In this document: positions 6,617 through 10,316 of the stretch, one piece after another
Layout of the letters: every line of letters begins with the position of its first letter
Position numbering within the stretch: position 1 is the first letter of the stretch
Assembly: GCA_042217585.1 (NCBI GenBank)
Contig: JBDGSJ010000013.1
Span: 55,307-65,622 of the forward strand
DNA from: Candidatus Nanohaloarchaea archaeon
GTDB lineage: Archaea > Nanohalarchaeota > Nanosalinia > Nanosalinales > Nanosalinaceae
Reading direction: 5' to 3'
Length of the DNA: 10,316 bases
Program-made: the position numbers and the translations under genes
The notes under the pieces: model-generated
Seen by the model: only the letters and a program-made list of their open reading frames with translations
Databases searched by the model: none
What the model was told of the DNA's origin: nothing

Positions 6617-7927
6617 ATGAAAGTTTACACTCTAGGAGGATACGAAGAAGTCGGCATGAACATGACCGCCGTCGAAGTTGACGGCGACGTCGTGATCTTC
6701 GACATGGGATATAACATGGAAGAAGTGATCGGCGCCGAAGGTCAGGTCGACGAAATGACAACAAACCAGAGCCTCGATGTCGGGGCAATTCCAAAGGACA
6801 AACCCGTACTAGACAAAAACGTAGTCGGTATCGTGATCGGTCACGGTCACCTCGACCACGTCGGTGCGATCCCCAAGCTTGCGGGATCCCACGACTGCCC
6901 GATCTACTGCTCTCCATACACGAAGAAGATCGTGGAGGGGATGATAGAAGACGACAGGAAGAACGTCAACAACCCTGTCATCGGACTCGAGATCGGGGAA
7001 GAGGCGGACCTCACGGACGACTTCACGCTCGAGTTCGCCCACGTGAACCACTCGATACCGGACGCCACCATGTCCCTCCTCAACACACCCGAGGGGTACG
7101 TGGTCTACGGCAACGACATGAAGATCGACCGCTCGCCGGCCATCGCCGACACCACGGACATAGACAGGCTGAAAGAGGCAGGAAAAGAAGGTGTCAAGGT
7201 GATGATCCCCGGAACCACGAGAGTGGACGAGGACGGAAGAGCCCGGTCCGAGGAATCCGTCAAGGTCGAGCTGGAGGACATACTGAACTCCTGCTACGAC
7301 GCAGGAGGCGCAGTCGTCCTCTCAACGTTCTCCTCGCAGATCGGAAGGCTTAAATCGGTCCTCGATGCGAACGATGGCCGCCGAAAGGTCGCGTTCGTCG
7401 GCCGGTCCCTCAAGGAGTACGTCGAATCCGCCGAGGAACTGGGCCTGATTGACACCTCGGACATAGAGATCGTCTCCTACTACGACGAGGTAGAGGAGCT
7501 GATGTCCAGGGTCAACAACGAGAAAGAGGAATGGCTCATCGTCGCAACCGGAAACCAGGGGGAGCCAGGCGCCCAGCTGACCAAGATGGCGAACCAGCAG
7601 TACCCGTTCCGGTTCGAGAAAGGCGACCACGTCGTCTTCTCCTCGGAAGTCATCCCTACCCCGGTCAACAGAGCCAACAGGCACGAACTTGAGAAAGAGC
7701 TGAAGGACCAGAGTGTGAGAATGTACAAGGGCATCCACACAACCGGACACGCCCTCAAGGAGGACCACAGGGACTTCATCCAGTTCCTGGACCCCGAGAA
7801 CATCGTTCCAAGCCACGGAGACATCAAGAAGCTCGGCAGCTATGTCGAGCTGGCCAGAGAGGAAGGTTACAGCCTAGAGAAGGATGTCTTCATCGGCGAG
7901 AACGGACGCATCATCGACCTGGACTGA
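6617..7927 (+). CDS. rnj: Archaeal ribonuclease J (MBL/beta-CASP)
   Basis: 436 aa. LGGYEEVGMNMT, FDMG, HGHLDHVGAIP (HxHxDH), NHSIPD, DMKID, TFSS, TGNQGEP, VIP, HTTGHA (motif B), PSHG (motif C). Lacks the bacterial C-terminal domain, as archaeal RNase J does. Confidence 0.93.
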   Translation: MKVYTLGGYEEVGMNMTAVEVDGDVVIFDMGYNMEEVIGAEGQVDEMTTNQSLDVGAIPKDKPVLDKNVVGIVIGHGHLDHVGAIPKLAGSHDCPIYCSPYTKKIVEGMIEDDRKNVNNPVIGLEIGEEADLTDDFTLEFAHVNHSIPDATMSLLNTPEGYVVYGNDMKIDRSPAIADTTDIDRLKEAGKEGVKVMIPGTTRVDEDGRARSEESVKVELEDILNSCYDAGGAVVLSTFSSQIGRLKSVLDANDGRRKVAFVGRSLKEYVESAEELGLIDTSDIEIVSYYDEVEELMSRVNNEKEEWLIVATGNQGEPGAQLTKMANQQYPFRFEKGDHVVFSSEVIPTPVNRANRHELEKELKDQSVRMYKGIHTTGHALKEDHRDFIQFLDPENIVPSHGDIKKLGSYVELAREEGYSLEKDVFIGENGRIIDLD

Positions 7928-8438
7928 CAGGGTCCCCCCTCATCTTTACTCCCTTTCTTATCGATTCATTCTCCGCGAAACCCGCCCGGACCTCAAGCAC
8001 GTATTTTGCAGGACCTTCGCTGTAGTAAGTATCCAGCTCTTCCTCAGTTGCGTTGGGCTGGGGCTCTGCAGTCTCGACGTTGAGGACCGTTCCGTTCCCG
8101 TCCACGAATATAATATCCAGCGGTATATACGTGTTCTTCATCCAGAAGCTACGGCGTTCCTCGTCCGGGAACACGAAGAGCATCCCATGCCCCTTCTGGA
8201 GCTCTCTCCGGTGCATCAAACCTCTTCTTCTCTCGGTCCTGTTGTCCGCGATCTCCACTGTAACGTTGGCAAGATTTTTACCCTTCTTCCAGAAGCTTAC
8301 AGCAGGCTGTGAACCGTTCAGTTCACCTCTCGGTTCGCCTGACGGGGCTTCAGTGTCCCTGACGCGGTACTCGGGGACCTTGACCACGAAACCCATCAGT
8401 ACCCCGACGGCGAGCAGGACCAGGATTTCGGACCTCAT
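7911..8438 (-). CDS. DUF192 (COG1430) family membrane-anchored/secreted protein
   Basis: N-terminal hydrophobic segment; VEIAD...RRRGLM.R, GMLFVF, FWMKNTYIPLDIIF, YVLEV.AG signature of DUF192. Confidence 0.92.
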   Translation of the reverse strand: MRSEILVLLAVGVLMGFVVKVPEYRVRDTEAPSGEPRGELNGSQPAVSFWKKGKNLANVTVEIADNRTERRRGLMHRRELQKGHGMLFVFPDEERRSFWMKNTYIPLDIIFVDGNGTVLNVETAEPQPNATEEELDTYYSEGPAKYVLEVRAGFAENESIRKGVKMRGDPVSPGR

Positions 8439-8460
8439 ATGAAAAGCTTTGACGCGGCGA

Positions 8461-8468
8461 GTTAAATC
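8461..8468 (-). promoter_or_regulatory. Putative TATA box (TTTAAC) for the DUF192 gene, leaderless spacing
   Basis: Minus strand gaTTTAAC lies ~23-30 nt upstream of ATG 8438. Confidence 0.45.
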
Positions 8469-8475
8469 TCCATCA

Positions 8476-8494
8476 CCTATATAGGAATTTCCTA
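8476..8494 (+). promoter_or_regulatory. gltX TATA box (TATATA, 8478-8483) embedded in two interlocked palindromes
   Basis: TATATA lies 27-32 nt before ATG 8510 (leaderless spacing); CCTATATAGG at 8476-8485 and TAGGAA-T-TTCCTA at 8482-8494. Confidence 0.6.
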
Positions 8495-8509
8495 CCCGAA
8501 AAGACGTGT

Positions 8510-10183
8510 ATGGAACTAGAGGAGATAGCCCGGAAATACGCGCTGAAGAACGCAGTGGACCACGGAGGAGAGTGTGACCCCGGAGCCGTTATCGGAAAGA
8601 TATTTGCAGAGGAAGAGTTCGACGACAAAGGAGAGGTGACCTCGACCGCACAGCAGGTCTGCCAGGAGGTAAACGGGCTATCCATCGAGGAACAGCAGGA
8701 TGAACTGGAGAGCTACGATTTCGAGGAAGAAGAGAACGAAGAGCATGACCCGATACCGGACCTTGAGGGCGCGGAAGAGGGAGAGGTCGTGGTAAGGTTC
8801 GCCCCGAATCCCAACGGTCCGCCTCACATCGGACACGCCCGCGGGATGACGATCAACGGCGAGCTGAGGGACAAGTACGACGGCAAACTCATCCTTAGAT
8901 ACGATGACACGGACCCCGTCACGAAGAGGCCGATGGAGGAGGCATACGAGATGTACGAGGAGGACTACGAATGGCTGGGATACCCGGTCGACGAGGTCCG
9001 CTACTCCTCTAAAAACTTCGACGAATACATTGAGCACGCGGAAAAACTGATCGAGAAAGGCAAAGCCTACGTGTGCCGGTGCTCGCAGGAAGAAGGCCAG
9101 GAATACAGGAAGGAAGGCGAACCATGCCCCCACAGGGACCAGGACCCGGAGAAAAACATGGATCTCTGGAAGAAGATGAAGGACGGGGATATCGCGGAGG
9201 GAGAAGCCACCCTGAAGATAAAGACCGATATAAACCACAAGAACCCCGCGGTCCGGGACTTCGTCGCCTTCAGGATCATCGAGGACCCTGACCACCCGGT
9301 CACCGGGGACGAGTACAGGGTCTGGCCGATGCTGGACTTCGCTGGCGCGATCGAGGACCACCTGATGGGTACGACACACATCGTAAGAGGTAAAGACCTA
9401 CGCGCCTCCACCAAGAGGCAGAAATACATCTACGAGTACTTTGGCTGGGAATACCCGAGCATCAGGTACTGGGGGACCGTCAAGGTCTCCGGCTTCGACG
9501 CACCGGTCAGCTCCTCGACGCTGGGAGAGATGGTGGAGAACGGGGAACTCGATGGCTGGGACGATCCACGTGCGCCGACGCTGAGAGCGCTGAAACGGAG
9601 AGGATTCCAGCCGGAAGCTCTCCAGCAGTTCTTCATAGACCTTGGCGTAACCGAGAACGACATCGAGGCCTCGATCGAGGGACTGGAGAAGGCGAACACC
9701 CGCGTCATAGATGAAGAGGCGGACCGGTACTTCTTCGTCGCCGACCCGGTGAAGCTCAGGGTCAGCGGCGTCCCGGACGACCTAGAACCCGAGATGCAGG
9801 TCCACCCCGAGCACCCGGAGAGAGGCACTCGCTCACCAGAGATAGACACCTCTGGCGGAGCCATCGAGGTATACGTCGACTCCCAGGACCTGGAAGACGG
9901 CTTCGCCCGGCTGAAAGGACTCTGCAACGTCGAGATAACTGATGGAGCGGCGGAGTACCGCGAGGGCGACCACAAGGAGGCACTTGAACGGGACGCCGAC
10001 TTCATCCACTGGACCCCTGAGTACGCGGAGAAGGCGACGGTCCGGATGCCGGACGGCAGGGACCTGGAGGGACGCATCGAGCCGAACAGTGTCGAGACCG
10101 GCGAGGTGGTCCAGTTCGAGAGGTTCGGTTTCGTCCGCTGCGACGACCCGGAAGAAAGAGTGTTTTACTACACTCACGGATGA
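8510..10183 (+). CDS. gltX: Glutamate--tRNA ligase, archaeal type (expected non-discriminating)
   Basis: 557 aa. YALKNAVDHGG N-domain, RFAPNPNGPPHIGH (HIGH), LRYDDTDP, Zn-site CxC...CPH, THIVRGKDL, GWDDPRAPTL...RRG, C-terminal QFERFGFVRCD. Confidence 0.97.
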   Translation: MELEEIARKYALKNAVDHGGECDPGAVIGKIFAEEEFDDKGEVTSTAQQVCQEVNGLSIEEQQDELESYDFEEEENEEHDPIPDLEGAEEGEVVVRFAPNPNGPPHIGHARGMTINGELRDKYDGKLILRYDDTDPVTKRPMEEAYEMYEEDYEWLGYPVDEVRYSSKNFDEYIEHAEKLIEKGKAYVCRCSQEEGQEYRKEGEPCPHRDQDPEKNMDLWKKMKDGDIAEGEATLKIKTDINHKNPAVRDFVAFRIIEDPDHPVTGDEYRVWPMLDFAGAIEDHLMGTTHIVRGKDLRASTKRQKYIYEYFGWEYPSIRYWGTVKVSGFDAPVSSSTLGEMVENGELDGWDDPRAPTLRALKRRGFQPEALQQFFIDLGVTENDIEASIEGLEKANTRVIDEEADRYFFVADPVKLRVSGVPDDLEPEMQVHPEHPERGTRSPEIDTSGGAIEVYVDSQDLEDGFARLKGLCNVEITDGAAEYREGDHKEALERDADFIHWTPEYAEKATVRMPDGRDLEGRIEPNSVETGEVVQFERFGFVRCDDPEERVFYYTHG

Positions 10184-10201
10184 GAAAGACAGGAAAGAAA
10201 C
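10184..10201 (-). terminator. Pyrimidine/U-rich tract on the minus strand; possible terminator of a transcript converging on gltX
   Basis: Minus strand reads GTTTCTTTCCTGTCTTTC directly after the hairpin at 10202-10223. Confidence 0.4.
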
Positions 10202-10315
10202 AGACCAACTATGGGATTGGTCTTCGGGTCGAAGATTTCATAGAAATCTTCTCGAACAGGTTTCCGCGCGGCGAAAACCTGTGATGGGAACTAAACCATT
10301 CGAACCGAATGGTTT
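10202..10315. repeat. Four tandem, non-identical inverted repeats (candidate structured ncRNA or palindromic element)
   Basis: AGACCAA/TTGGTCT (10202-10223), GAAGATTTC/GAAATCTTC (10231-10251), ACAGGTTT/AAACCTGT plus inner CGC/GCG (10256-10282), AAACCATTCG/CGAATGGTTT (10293-10315). Confidence 0.85.
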
Positions 10316-10316
10316 C

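Noticed and set aside
9503..9517. GluRS KMSKS motif degenerate (PVSSS, no Lys)
   Set aside because: Archaeal GluRS commonly has degenerate versions such as LSTS/MSTS, so this is not evidence of inactivation.
10281..10287. GTGATGG as a possible C/D-box sRNA C box
   Set aside because: Mismatch to RUGAUGA and no CUGA D box visible downstream.
10296..10308. GGTTCGAAT on the minus strand resembling a tRNA T-loop
   Set aside because: Followed by GG rather than CC, so no T-stem or acceptor stem forms; it is explained by hairpin 4.
10202..10315. CRISPR array interpretation of the hairpin series
   Set aside because: No direct repeat shared between units, no spacer-length gaps and no cas genes in the window.
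10211..10316. Short ORFs in the hairpin region (MGLVFGSKIS*; MGTKPFEPNGF running off the edge; open minus-strand frames) and the repeated ATGGGA at 10211 and 10284
   Set aside because: Too short or truncated, not acidic like real genes here, no clear SD or TATA. They cannot be fully excluded without the flank.

Overview
A gene-dense archaeal housekeeping region with a strongly acidic, Glu-rich proteome, which points to a salt-in halophile. Nanohaloarchaeota/DPANN is my inference, not proven. Minus strand: a Cys-less cupredoxin-like lipoprotein, a tightly coupled five-gene operon (gatD, orf85, UPF0200/COG0237-like P-loop kinase, orf105, gatE), then a thermosome subunit. Plus strand: RNase J, convergent with a minus-strand membrane-anchored DUF192 gene, and glutamyl-tRNA synthetase. 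All protein components of the archaeal tRNA-Gln transamidation route (GluRS + GatDE) therefore lie within about 8.4 kb. The strongest unexplained signal is the last ~115 nt, which folds into four consecutive, different hairpins. One arm of the last hairpin (TAAACCATTC) recurs inverted at the opposite window edge, directly at the thermosome stop codon. Other points of interest: two orphan ORFs inside the gatDE operon, a His-rich cupredoxin lacking the type-1 copper Cys, motif substitutions in RNase J and the kinase, and near-identical promoter/leader layout for the thermosome and rnj genes.
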